Shown one piece after another: positions 47,095 through 59,570 of a stretch of 64,000 bases of DNA; within the stretch, counting starts at the first letter, position 1; each line of letters begins with the position of its first letter. A model generated the notes under the pieces. The model was not told the origin of the DNA. It saw nothing but the letters and a program-made list of their open reading frames with translations, and made no database searches. Source of the DNA: Entomortierella parvispora E1425 (Eukaryota; Fungi; Mortierellomycota); contig BQFW01000003.1 in NCBI GenBank assembly GCA_020891255.1, positions 1,736,001 through 1,800,000 of the forward strand. Direction: 5' to 3'. The position numbers were made by a program, and so were the translations under genes.

Positions 47095-47616
47095 TGGACG
47101 GTGCCTGTTCAAAAATGGCCAGAGCAGGAATAAATTATCAGAAGAAGCCGCATCCATTGGTGAAGCAGCGGTTGCACAAGGTGTTGAGCAGGTCATTCTT
47201 CATTCTCCTTGCCGAGTCCATTTTTCCTCTTTCACCTTTCTCATCCAAGCTTGGTTGCCAGTTGTCGCCTCTTGTTCGGGAGCGGGCGCCGAAATGGTTT
47301 CGCTGCCCCTCCCTGGCACGTCGAGGGCGAAAATCTGGGAACCAAAGGATGAAAATCAGGAACAGAAATGGGCAGTTGCAGTTGATGAGAAGAGGGTCAA
47401 AAGCGATTGCACTTCCTTTCTCCTTGGTGGAGAGAGAACGTGGTCGCACCAAATCCGTTGAGCGATCGCTTTGGTATGAGGTCTTTGACGAAAGGGAGTC
47501 CATCTTGCGCAACATCTCACTTTCGACTTTTGCTCATTCCTCTTTTTCATCTCTTTGTTCATCTCGTCCCATCTCTCTCCATTCCTCTACTCTCACCTTT
47601 CATTCCACTTCTCTTA

Positions 47617-50063
47617 ATGGAAAACGATCTCCCTCAAAAGTATCCATCGAAACTCCCTCCTACCAGCGATGGCAAGAACCCACACACTTTGATTGCGGGG
47701 GCAGGTTTGGCAGGACTGTTACTAGCCATCCTTCTCGAAAGAGCGGGTATCCCATACGAGCTCTTTGAGAGGTCTCCGGAAGCAAAGCCCCTCGGTAGGC
47801 AAAGATTCGAAAACAACGAAGAAAAAAATAGAGGAAATGAAAAATGCACCTACGCACGCCCACACAACGTCAAAGCTTGTTTAAGCTTCTTTGCAATTGC
47901 CTTTCTCAGGGACAGTGTGTTGCATCCCCCGAGCTGACGACGACCTCCAATGTTCATCATTCTAGGGTCCATCATCTCCCTCAGCGCCAACGTCCTCCCA
48001 GTCTTTGAGCAATTGGGCATGTACGAGGAGCTGAAGGCCACCAGTCTACCCGGAAGTACTTTTGAGATTCTCAACGCAGACCTTGAGCGCATCTCCCTCT
48101 TTCATACGGATAGCGCTGAAGCAGAGTAAGAGCGACTGAGCGACTCTTCAGTCCAACCGTCACTAGGCCAAATGCTCGTGCATGTGGCTGTATAAATAAC
48201 CAGGGGAAGAGTTTGCAACATGATTAACACGCCCCGTCTCATTTGTGCAGGGTCATCGGTTATATCCGATTGCATTTTTCCCGCCCTCGTCTCTATGATC
48301 TGTTGTTGTCAAAGATTCCGTCGCACAAGACGCACTTTAGCAAGAAGATCCTCAATTTATCTCAGGTAGGTAAAGTTGTTTTGACTTCCTTCACTTTTAG
48401 CCGCTAATAACTGCTGAATGAAAAATAGAACAAGGATGGTGTCATGATTCGATGTGCAGATGGCACTACATACCATGGAGATGTCCTTGTCGGCTCTGAT
48501 GGTGCTCATAGCGCTGTAAGGTAAAAAATACCTGACTCTGTTTATCACACCCTCATTCTCATCTCATCTCGGCGATACTCATTAGAGGTCTAACCATCTC
48601 CTTTATCTCAGACAAAGCCTGTATAAACAGATGGCCGATAGCAGCATTCTTCCTCCATCGGATGCACTCGACTTGAACAAGGGCTACACCTGTCTCGTGG
48701 GCACGACAAGCCCTGTGGATGCTGAAAAGTTCCCAGTCGTAGAGGACAAAGATAATGGAGGCGTCCTCGTCATAGGCAACAATAACAGCTGGGTGGTAAA
48801 GGGCAGAGTAGTAGTCCATAGTGGCAAGGATTGTATAATGTTTTCTTGTCTAACGTGTCCAACTGTATGCGTATTAGTGGGGACTTCATCCTGTTGGAGA
48901 TAATCGAATCGCTTGGAGTATTATCTCCCAGATTGCCACCAAGGCCAAGCTTGAGGATCTGAAGTTCCGAAACGCCGAATGGGGTCCAGAGTCGCACCCA
49001 GAGATGATCAGTGAGGTCAGGAACTTCAACTCGCCTTATGGAAAAACCCTAGGCGACCTGATTGATGCGACTCCTTCCGAGAGCATTTCGCGTGTGTTCC
49101 TTGAAGGTGAGTTTCTCTTTTTCCTCTTCTACTTTTTTTTTCGCCCACCCTTCCCACACTTCGTGCTTTTTTTCTCTTCGCGCACAGACTGACGATCCTC
49201 TCCTCTACTCATGAAGACAAACTTTTTCAGACTTGGCACCACAATCGAACGGTCCTTATTGGCGATGGTAAATATGTCAGGTCAATTCAACCTGGAGGAA
49301 GGGCGACTGATCAGCTCTCAGGCTCATCGTTTTAATTCTCTCCTGATTATTCGCTTCCTTTTCAGCCGCCCACAAGCTCCTACCCAGTTCCGGCCAGGGC
49401 GCCAACAACGCTTTTGAAGGCAAGTATACGTGAGCCATTCCGATTTCCAACTACCAATTCCAAATGTCCCATGTTACTCACACAGGTATTCTACACACAA
49501 ACAGATGCTATAGTCTTGGCCAACTGTCTCTATGACATTGGTACACCTTCCTTGCCTGATGTCAAGGCAGCTTTGAAATCATACAAGGACCAGCGCCTGC
49601 CTCACGTCTTGGAGCAATACGAAGCTAGCAAGGTAAGAGCTTGAACAATGAAACAAGTTGTAGAGAGTAGCCAGCACAAAGTTGATAATGATATCTACAA
49701 CCCACACCAACAGGCCAGTGCCAAATTCCTCTATGGACATGTAAGTACAGTACAACGAAGATGGTCATTTTGTAATATTCTGACCGATTCTCGCACGTTC
49801 GCTGACCTTTATCGACATTCAATCCTCCGCTACTTTTCATCATTCCTCAGACCTTCTTTGAGCGGTGCATCCGTCATGTCGTCTTCAATTGGGTTCCAAA
49901 GTCTAAGTTGAGCGAGATGATGCAGAAGGATGCCGCATACAGACCCCAGGCTACCTTTCTCCCCCTGGCCCCCAAGCGTGGTAAATGTTATATCGAGCCC
50001 CAGTTCCCCAACAAGCGCTACGAAGCCGAGCAAAAGGCCAAGCAGACTGCTGCTGCTGTCTAA
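47617..50063 (+). CDS. FAD-dependent monooxygenase, copy C (most intron-rich)
   Basis: HTLIAGAGLAGLL, LVGSDGAHSAVR, RTVLIGD|AAHKLLPSSGQGANNAFE|DAIVLANCL, YRPQATFLP. Confidence 0.9.
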
Positions 50064-50496
50064 CACAATGATGGGTTGGTGACCAGGAATAACAAACAAC
50101 CTACCACGTGCGTGTGGCACATAAGAGCATCCCCCCAGAAGACTGAAAACAATAAAACGACAAACTAACTCTGAGCACTGTGTCAGTGCTCTGGCTCCTG
50201 AACATGTAGAGCTCTTCACTCTCTTTGGATGGGAGGCAGACTGGGCAGAGAAGGAAGGAGGCAGCTATCTTCAAAGACCGCTAGTCAACCAACCAAAAGT
50301 GCACGAAAACCTGTTTCCTGAGGCGAGGCGTGCAAGCGATCGATGCAGGAGAATGCGCCATGGTGACACAACTAGACAAGGACTGGCCCAATCTGCTTTT
50401 TCCTCGGCTGCTCTCACGTTGTTCTTTCTCATTTTTCATCTCTTCTCATCTGCATTCTTCCCATCTCTTTCACATCCCATTCCGCTCATTCCCTCT

Positions 50497-52573
50497 ATGG
50501 ACAGCAATCGACCATCCGACGGCAAGACCCCAACCGTGCTGATTGTTGGAGCTGGCTTGGCTGGTCTCTTGTTTGCCATCATTCTCGACCGCGCCAGTAT
50601 CCCGTACCAGATCTATGAAAAAGCCAAAGTTGTCAAGCCTCTCGGTACGTACTTAGATTGGCCTTGCCTCTTTGACATACATTCCTACAGAGAGCTGATC
50701 TCATTCTTCATTCTAGGGTCCATAATCTCTCTCAGTGCAAACATCTTGCCAGTCTTTGAGCAGTTAAGCCTTTATGAGGAGCTGGAGTCGATTAGTCTCC
50801 CAGGCAGCACGTTCGAGATCTTTAACGGGAAAATCAAGCGTATCGGTTTCTTTCAGATGTCTGGTCGCGGAAAGTAAATTGTGCTTTGAAGGTGCCTTTG
50901 TTTGGAACCAGGAACCTAGAGAGCCTAACTCAATCATTGCGTTCCATTGGTAAACAGCCGCTCCTTCTCTCGCCCCCGACTCTACGACATGTTGCTGTCC
51001 AAGATCCCAGCTGACCGCATCCACTATGGCAAGAAGATTGTTAACACAGCGCAGGCAAGTTGACGCATATGCTTAAATTACAGATTGATGCACGTTAGGA
51101 GGTCCATTGTGGAACCAGATACTTATATCTAACAGCCACTCTGACGTTTAGGACAAAGATGGAGTGAATATTACTTGCGCCGATGGCACCTCTTATCACG
51201 GAGACCTGTTGGTCGGTGCTGATGGCGCTTACAGTGCTGTTAGAACATCTCTCTATAAGCAAATGGCCGAGGACAAGATTCTCCCTCCTTCGGATGCGGA
51301 GGAATTAAAGAAGGGATACACTTGTGCCGTCGGTACATCACGTCCTTTGGATGCAGCAAAGTTCCCAGTCCTGGCAAAGAAGGATTCCGGTGGTGTGCTT
51401 GTCATTGGAGATGAAGTCATGTATTGTGTAAGCGAAGAGGCTTTTCAACGACGATGACATGCACCGTCTTCTCCTACGTATAGCATTCCGTGACTAGCAC
51501 TAACACATACTTGGATCTGGTCCACGACTGTCATTTCTCATAGTGGGGTTTGTTCGCCGTGAACGATAACCGTATTACCTGGGATGTCGTTTCACAGATC
51601 GCTACACGGCCCAATGAAGAAGACGTTCGCGACGCCGGCTGGGGCCCTGAATCGAACTCTGACTTTGTCAAAGAGATTAGACACTTTAAGCTCCCTGAGG
51701 CGTACGGCGGTGGTGTATTGGGAGATCTCATCGATGAGACCCCACCTGAGAACATCTCGCGTGTGTACCTTGAGGGTGAGTGTCTATTTTTCCTTCTTGT
51801 TCTACTTTTCTTTCACCCATCCTTTCCGCACTTCCACTTTGTGGTTCTTTTCCTTCACCCTCAGACTGACAATCCCCTCCTCTGTCCTTGAAGACAAGAT
51901 GTTTTCGACCTTGTTTCATAATAGGACGGTCCTCATCGGCGACGGTAAGGATTAAAGCCAGTGTCTACTAACAACGGTGTATTTAAACAGTGAACTTTCT
52001 TCTCACCTGCGGTATTCTTTTTATCGTGGAAATTGTTCAGCCGCTCATAAGCTGCTGCCAAGTTCTGGACAAGGTGCGGTCAACGCAATGGAGGATGCCG
52101 TTATTCTTGCCAATTGCCTCTATGATATTGGCACAACCTCACCTGGGGACATCAAGGCGGCGTTGCAGTCCTACAAAGACCAACGCCTCCCTCATGTTAT
52201 TGAACAGTACAAAGCTAGTAAAGCCACTGCAAAGTTCATGTATGGGCATGTAAGTGCCTGCACGTTGTCTTTTTTTTTTTGTTTCTCATGTCAGATATTG
52301 CTGTATGCTAACTCTCACTCACATGTACAATAGACATTCCTTGAAAGATGCATCCGATTTGCGGTTTTCAACCTCATTCCAACCTGGAAGATGAACGAGA
52401 TGACCCAGAAAGACGCTGCCTACCGTCCGCAGATCACTTTCTTGCCTCTTGCTCCTAACCTGGATGCCAGTTATGTTGAGCCCCAGTTCCCCAATAGACG
52501 CTACGAAGTCGAACAAAAGGCGAAGAAAGAAGCTGAGCATGCCTCTCAGCCTTCAACCGCCGCTGTAGTCTAG
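50497..52573 (+). CDS. FAD-dependent monooxygenase, copy D
   Basis: TVLIVGAGLAGLL, LVGADGAYSAVR, RTVLIGD|AAHKLLPSSGQGAVNAMEDA, YRPQITFLP. Contains a GC-AG intron (GCGCAG|GCAAGT at about 51055). Confidence 0.92.
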
Positions 52574-52734
52574 ACTATAGGACAATAGGCAAACGACTGC
52601 ATCCGATCTTCAATATAGACTGCGACTCACTCTACTATCCTCCTACACATCGGTCGACCACATAGTATGAATTATATTTGCTCGTTTGCTCGTTTCTCTG
52701 CACAAAAATTCCATTCACAGGGAATACAGCTGAG

Positions 52735-53635
52735 GTTTGTTAGAGTCTTTATTATTTTTTCAACAACCCTCCTGTCCAAGCATTGTGGGCAGCACCGCAG
52801 CGGTTAATGGCCAAGTAGGGCGAGTTCGGGAACATCTCATCAGTGGCGTTGTAATGGTTGCCCTCCAAGAAGGTACTGTGACCGACAGCTTGGGGCTAAT
52901 GCCTCCACCAAAGAAAAGGAAAATGGCTAGACCCGCAAATGCCGGTCCCGTATCCAGCGCGGCAGCCAGGATAAAGACATACTTTTGCCACCATCCCTTA
53001 TGGTACCGGAATATGTAATACTGGAAGACCATACATGTGATGAACCCTGTCAATACTCCTGTCGTTTGGCCGTTTCCATAAGCGCCCATGCCTCCGGCAA
53101 TTAGCGAGATGTTGATGATCTCCCAGTTACACTTAGGAAATCTTTTGGATAAGAACCAGAAAAAAACAGGAATGACGGCGCCGATGATGAAGCCACAGTA
53201 GATGAATCCATAGCGACCCGTTGTACTAAACATACGACTTGGTCCTAGAGCACCGAAGATCAATGCCGATCCCCAGAAGATCTGAGGGATAAAGCCGTTC
53301 CAAAGACCACTCGGATCGGGTGCCGTTCCATCCAAGGCACCGCGGTGAGCATTGATAATGACTACCATCATGGCGTAGTTGAAAAGACCTCCGATAACGG
53401 ATCCCCAAATTTGAGCCAAAAACATCGCACGGGGCGGGATTTTCATATAATGGCCTAGCTTCAAGTCGCCTAACAAAGCTCGACACTGCTCCATTGCCCT
53501 GTGAAGGAAAAAAAAAAGTCAGTTCTCATAGCGGTTAACAGACTTCACAGAAGAGCAGGGTCCTCAGTTTTCAAACAACTCCTACATGTAGCCATGACAT
53601 TTGAATGTCATGTTGGCAATAGGTTTTCCTGGACA
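52735..53635 (-). pseudogene. 5'-truncated, frameshifted OPT oligopeptide transporter paralog
   Basis: Homology starts abruptly at PGKPIANMTFKCHGYM|AMEQCRALLGDLKLGHYMKIPPRAMF, with the intron in the same position as in the intact gene. A frameshift after VPSW leaves the OPT-like tail GNHYNATDEMFPNSPYLAINRCGAAHNAWTGGLLKK* in another frame. Confidence 0.85.
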
Positions 53636-54265
53636 GAATTGTTCGCCCTGCATGGCCTTTCCATTGGCTTCTTTTGTTGAAGGCGAGGGCTGAACGGTCA
53701 TTGAGTCACTTATTCAGCAAGTGACGTTCAGGAGGATGGTTTTATGGATGTGGCAGATGTTGACAAGAGATGTTAGGAATGAGTTCTTATTGATACATAA
53801 TCAGATCAACGACTGGAACGGGCAAGCTGAAGGTTGCCTCGGACATATCATCCGATTGATCTCCTCGGGAGCAAGCCGACTTGGCCAGCTGTCCTAGCCA
53901 CGAGGAAGCATTGCCGCTTTTACCGAGAAGGCATGTTTTACCACTGTGGTCTGGCTTTTTTTGGTGGCACAAAGTCTTTTTTGTTTACAAACAAATAGAA
54001 GGGAGATCCCTCGGATGGACTCCTTGTCCAGCAAATCCTCGGAATCTTTTCCGGCAATGATCCCCGCGGCGCACTATTTAAATCATAAATGGGAGTTGGG
54101 CGGCGTCGTCCAGCGGACCGTCCGTAGCCACGGGCCAGTGAATTTTATCGTAATAACAAGGGCCTGATTATTTTTGAGCATGCCTCGCCTCGGAGTTCAG
54201 AACGCAACTCTTTGGTTTGTGAGGTGAAAGCAAATTTTATTGTGACCTAGGACTCAAAGAGGAAC

Positions 54266-56731
54266 CTACAGAGTACCACTGGTCCAGCTCCCGTTAAAAG
54301 CGCCGCAGCGGTCTGTAAACAAGTAAGGTGCATTATTGCCTTCGGGCGTGTAGTAGTTTGCCCACCAGGAAGGAACAGCGACCGAAAGTGTAGGGCTGAC
54401 TCCTCCGCCCAAAAAGAGGAAGACCACAAGACCAGTGAACGCGGCACCCGTATCCAAGGCGGCAGACAGGATAAAGATATACTTATTCCACCAGTTCTTG
54501 TGGTACCGGTGGAGATAGAACTGAGAGATCATGAAAGTGATTATGCACACGAGGACACTTTGGGTCAACCCATAGGGGAAGAAGCTCATTCCACTGGCAA
54601 CCAACGCAATGTTGAACTTGCCCCATTGCACATTCGGGAATTTCTTGGAGAGAGCCCAGAGAATGATAGGAATGATGGCACCAAGTACGAAACCATAGAA
54701 CACAAAGCCGTAGTTGCCCTCGGAGGAGAACATCCGCTTGGGGCCGAGAGCACCAAAAATCAAGGCAGAACCCCAGAAGGTCGCTGGTGAATTGCCAGTC
54801 CAGAGACCGGTGGGATCAGTTTCGGTTCCATCCAGGATGTCACGATGGGAATTGATGATGAGAATCATTGTCATGTAGTTGAAAAGACCTCCGACGATAG
54901 TACCCCAGAACTGAGCTACGAACATGGCTCTTGGAGGAATCTTCATGTAGTGGCCAAGCTTAAGGTCTTGAAGCAAGTTCTGACATTGTCCCATGACCCT
55001 GGAAGAAGAAAAAGAGAGGGTGACACTGGTCAGATATCGTTCGCTAAAAATGAAAATGCTAATGAGAAATACCACCATCCGCCAACTTACATATAGCCAT
55101 ATGTCTTGAAGACCATATTGGCGATGGGACGACCTGGGAGCATGTAGCCGCAGATCAGCTCGGTGATGACATTAAGACCTGGACCATAGCCGGTGATGGC
55201 AACTAGCGCACAGACAGGAAGAGTCATCACCCAACCGAGAACACAGGCGATAAGGAATCCCCACCAGGGCAGCTGAAGATCATATTCGTAGCAAGTGAAA
55301 ATGGAGAGGGCGACCATGATAACGTAGAAGATGGCATACCAAGACTGAGGCATTTCAGGGTAGACCCTCATCTTCTTGGTGTGAATGTCCTCCGTGCTGC
55401 TGCCGACAGACGCTTTCCATGAGTCCAAGATATCGCGACCATGGAAAAAGGCAATGTGGGTGACACAGCCTGCAAGAGAAACGAAGGACCAGAAGAAGTT
55501 GAGGGCGTACATGGGAGTCATGGTGGCAGGCGGGCCAGCGTTGTACTCGCCCTCATTCAAGGTGTGATCGGAGTTCATGAAATTTGTCACTTGGAACTTT
55601 GTGCCGTTTGAGTAAAAGAGCGAGGGGGTCAAAGGAGCACCCAGGGTCTTCGCGCCCATGATGTTGTTCAACCATAGGATGGGAAGGATGATCCAGTAGC
55701 TGAGCACCATACCGCCATACAGGCAAACCTGAGTGGCCAAGGGGAGCCACATGGTTGAGCCACCAATCGAGTTCCAGTCAAGGGAAATGGACATGATACC
55801 AGAACCGCTGAACGACGAGAATAGAGCCCAGAAGTCGAAGTCGAAGGGCTTAATCCAGCAGATCCAATCCATAAAGACGAACATAGGCGCGAGCCATTGA
55901 GGCAAGAACTCGTAGATGAACATACAACCGCAAATCACCCAGAAGAACTTCATATAGGACCACCCCCGGATCATCCGTTTGCTTTTGAACTCATCAGTGT
56001 TGTGCATGGCGTTGTAGAACACAACTTGAACCAAGTTGGCCCACCATACCATTTGGGCGGGATAGACGAGGAATTTTCGAAGCATTCCTGCCATGCCGTA
56101 GCCGAGACACTGCGTAGTAAGGATAAGAATTAAAGAGCCCAAGGTAGGAATACGATACTTGAGGTTTAGATCGGTGGCGGCCAAGATGTCGATTGCATAG
56201 GCGTAGGTGGAGGCAGTGGATACTGCAATGCCCATCAGGCAGTGCTCCTTGATGTTAAAGGGACCAGAGTTCATGGACATGGAGTAGCCGAAGACCGAAA
56301 TTGAACCAGTGGGGAGGGTTCGAGCCATAGCCACACCCATTCCATATGTCGCCAGATTCACAAAGTAAATTGAGAACGTGCCAGATGTAGTACGGAAGTA
56401 ATAGTACTGGTTAATCATGGCTCCAATAATGGAAAAGAGCGTCGAAAGAACCCAGAAACGGAACGTCATGACAGGAAGACTGGGGTCATCGGTGATGGGG
56501 ACAACTGGAGAGAGAAGAGCAGGTTATTAATGTATGAGAGAATGGCACATTTCAGGAAGACTCTCAGCATGGAATAGCGTGGTCCTTACCAGCCCGGACA
56601 GCTTCAATACACGAGTTTTCCTCTTCCTCTTCTAAGACGACGTCGCTCCTTTCGATGTCCGCTTTCTCATCAAGGAATTCCTCCTTGCGGTCAGAGAACT
56701 CCTGTATATTGGAGTTGCTCAAAGTAGCCAT
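54266..56731 (-). CDS. Oligopeptide transporter, OPT family (OPT1/isp4-like)
   Basis: Exons 56731-56590, 56504-55091 and 54998-54266. Motifs EENSCIEAVRA|VVPITDDPSLPVMTFRFWVL, PFNIKEHCL, LGYGMAGMLRKFLVYP, LNVITELICGYMLPGRPIANMVFKTYGY, DLKLGHYMKIPPR, LSAALDTG. Confidence 0.95.
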
Positions 56732-56855
56732 GGCTGTATATTAATGTAGAGGTGAGGATGGAGGTGATATTGGGTGGATATGAAGGAAGTGAAGGAGGTA
56801 GGTGGAGTTCTGGTCAAGCTGGACAAAGAACTAATTGACGAGGCGGAATCTGCTT

Positions 56856-56865
56856 CTTTTATATA
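56856..56865 (-). promoter_or_regulatory. TATA box of the OPT gene
   Basis: TATATAAAAG on the minus strand, about 125 bp upstream of the ATG at 56731. Confidence 0.6.
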
Positions 56866-57699
56866 GTGGGGGTTGGTTTTATCTCGGGATGGATCAGAGC
56901 TTTGTGTTTTCTTTCTCTGGATGAACTCTTTTTTTTCTTCAAGTTGTCATAGGCTGCCTGACCGAACAGGATTTTCAAAAGGGCGTCTGATTTCCCGGAA
57001 TTGATTCCGGAGGTCCAAGACAGCAGTTATGACTAGAGCAGCTGCCGTCATTTCAACACAGGGCGGTTTTGTCCACGCGACAGGACTGAAACCTTCTCAC
57101 ATCGCTTGTGGCAGAAGAACGGCCGTGTCATCACCTTGAAAGGCGAGAAATGTCCATCAGCCGTTTTTATTTCGTGTAACGCCGACAGGGTTTGGGAACG
57201 GACGGACAGCCGAAAGGTACAGAAAAAGTTTGAGCAATTCAATTTAGAGTTGTTCTCAATGGCGTTATTATTTTTCAAAGAACAAGGCACTATTTCATGG
57301 GCAATGTAACATTCAGTCGTGGACCAACCCCGGTCTCTGTGACCAACTGGTTGTCCGTCGCTCCTCTATTTTTATGATATGGGTTTTTGTCTCTGCTTCT
57401 CGCAGAGTTGCTGTCTGTACCACCTTCGTGGGAGATGGTCTGTAGTCGTTGCCTTGTGGGAACGACAACCCCTTGCCCCATCTCTGGCATTCGCCCTCAG
57501 CAGCCGAAAGACACAATGGACTTCTGTATCAATAGTATAAGCTTGTGCATTTTCCTGCGCGTAGAGCTCCTGCGTCTCGGAGCCTATTCCGAGAGAAATG
57601 GACAGATTTTGTGCAAGGTCCAATCATTTGCGAACGCTGTTAATCATATATGCCATTATCATATTCTCCCGGTGTCATGAGGTCAAGTAAGAAGCCGCC

Positions 57700-59570
57700 G
57701 CGCCCGCAGCAATGCCAACGCAGTTTGAGGGTGGCGACATCTGTTCTAGCCATTATTTTTGACTTTCTTCTGGCAGAGTATCGTTACTAGAAGCTGTGTT
57801 CTCGCCGCCATTCCTCAACAAGGGCGACACAACGGCCCAATTCCAAAAAGAGGGCATTGTCACTGTCAAGCGTGTCCACGAAACCTGAAGTGAGGCACAT
57901 AGTTTTTTTTTATCCTCTTAAGTAGTAAATAACGAGTCCCATGAAGGCAGTTCCAGCATCAAAGTTGGGTTGGAAGACAAAGGCAGAAACGACTAGTTAA
58001 TGAGCAGCACTGTCGGCAAGCGTCGCTGCATTGGACTTACATGATTTATCCGGAAACTCCTTCGTGGGACTCCCCCACCGTGATCATTCGTGCCTATAAG
58101 TTACACAGATATACCTTGTTGGTCAGTTCTCACTGCGGTGGCCCGAAGTGCGTAACTGCTTTGTTATCAAAGAAGGGCCAGAAGAAGATTGCGGCGTACA
58201 TGAACATTATTGTGACGAGCTGCCAACCAAGATAATAACAGCGAAAGAGGTTTCTTGGGTTACAGTGGTAGTATATCAATCTTTCCTCTTGTGTTTTTCA
58301 CAGGTCCAGGCTGATACCAATTGCAATTGGTCCACATGTACAGATGATGCGGATGCATCCAAGCATTGGCCTTAATTGGCTGTCAACAAACTGGAGGTCG
58401 GCAAATATACATGTAGTTCGTTGTGGTCTGCTGGAATCGATGGTGAATTTCGAGGCAAGGCTGCAAGAAAACACAGGGTTGGGACAGGCCGCCCCCAGGG
58501 GCAAAAAAAAAAAAAAAAAAAGAGGGCGAAGCAAATTTCCTCGGAATAGGTTCCATTGTGATTTCTGGATAAGGGAAATTGAGCTCTTGTGGACGGATGC
58601 ACGCGCCGACCCAATCACAGCTCTCAAATAAGAGCACCCCCATTGACCATGCTGTGCTTGCATTGCCCAGAGTGAACACTCTCAAGACACCAATGCATTA
58701 GCCCATAGGAATGTTTGCCTTGACAGGCCTATCAGAGCAGGTCAATTTTCCCAGACAGGGCTGAAAAATAAATAGCCTGTGGAAGAACCAAACGGGATCA
58801 TGCCACTTGTAGAAATCCGGCTGTAATAGTTCTAAAGCCTCTTGTTGTTGCTGGGCTTGAATGCTCTTGTTTTCAGAACAAACATACTCGCGGATCAGGG
58901 CGTGATGGTCATGATCAGAGGATCCAACTAGTGGTAGATGGCTGCCCATTTATCGCTCTAGAGTTCACCGGTTGAAAATTACGACTATGGCTTGCTAACG
59001 ATTGATTGGTGGTGTTGAGAAGTGACCAAGATACTATGGAGAAGGTGAGGGAAAAGGGGATGTTGCTATAACGTCCTGAGAAACGCAAGGCGCTACACCC
59101 GACCGTTTTCGATGCTGCCCAAATAGCGGCTGGAAGAGCATTTGGGATAAGGTGAGGGTTCTCTCGCTGAATGAGAGACCGCCTGTTGAATCTCATAGCT
59201 GTAGTTGAGGACACACAACTCCATGAACTGCTTGAATGCATTTAGGATAGTCAGAGAGCCCTTACTAATATGGGCGAGGACCGCACATTGCTAGATTGTC
59301 AAATGGTTAATATTAGTAGGGTCGGAAACTATGATTGAACTTCATTGGTCTTCAAAAACACACGAGTGGAAAAAACTAAAAATATGTACCTGGACAGGAT
59401 TACGATCACTCTGAATGACAACGAATAGGTCAAAGCCTACCGACCTAGTAGCCAGAGCTGGACTCAATGTCAACTGAGCAGCGCCGTGCAGGGCTCGCTT
59501 TTGCTTCAGGACGTGAGGGACGTGCGTTTGATCATCTCCTACAAGTGCAAGGTCCTCTAGAGTCATCACT
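57700..59570. pseudogene. Decayed coding remnants of unidentified genes
   Basis: Protein-like fragments broken by stops and frameshifts: + strand AVFSPPFLNKGDTTAQFQKEGIVTVKRVHET and LVGQFSLRWPEVRNCFVIKEGPEEDCGVHEHYCDELPT; - strand LNAFKQFMELCVLNYSYEIQQAVSHSA and ALELLQPDFYKWHDPVWFFHRLFIFQP. A minus-strand TATAAAA lies near 59780. Confidence 0.3.
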
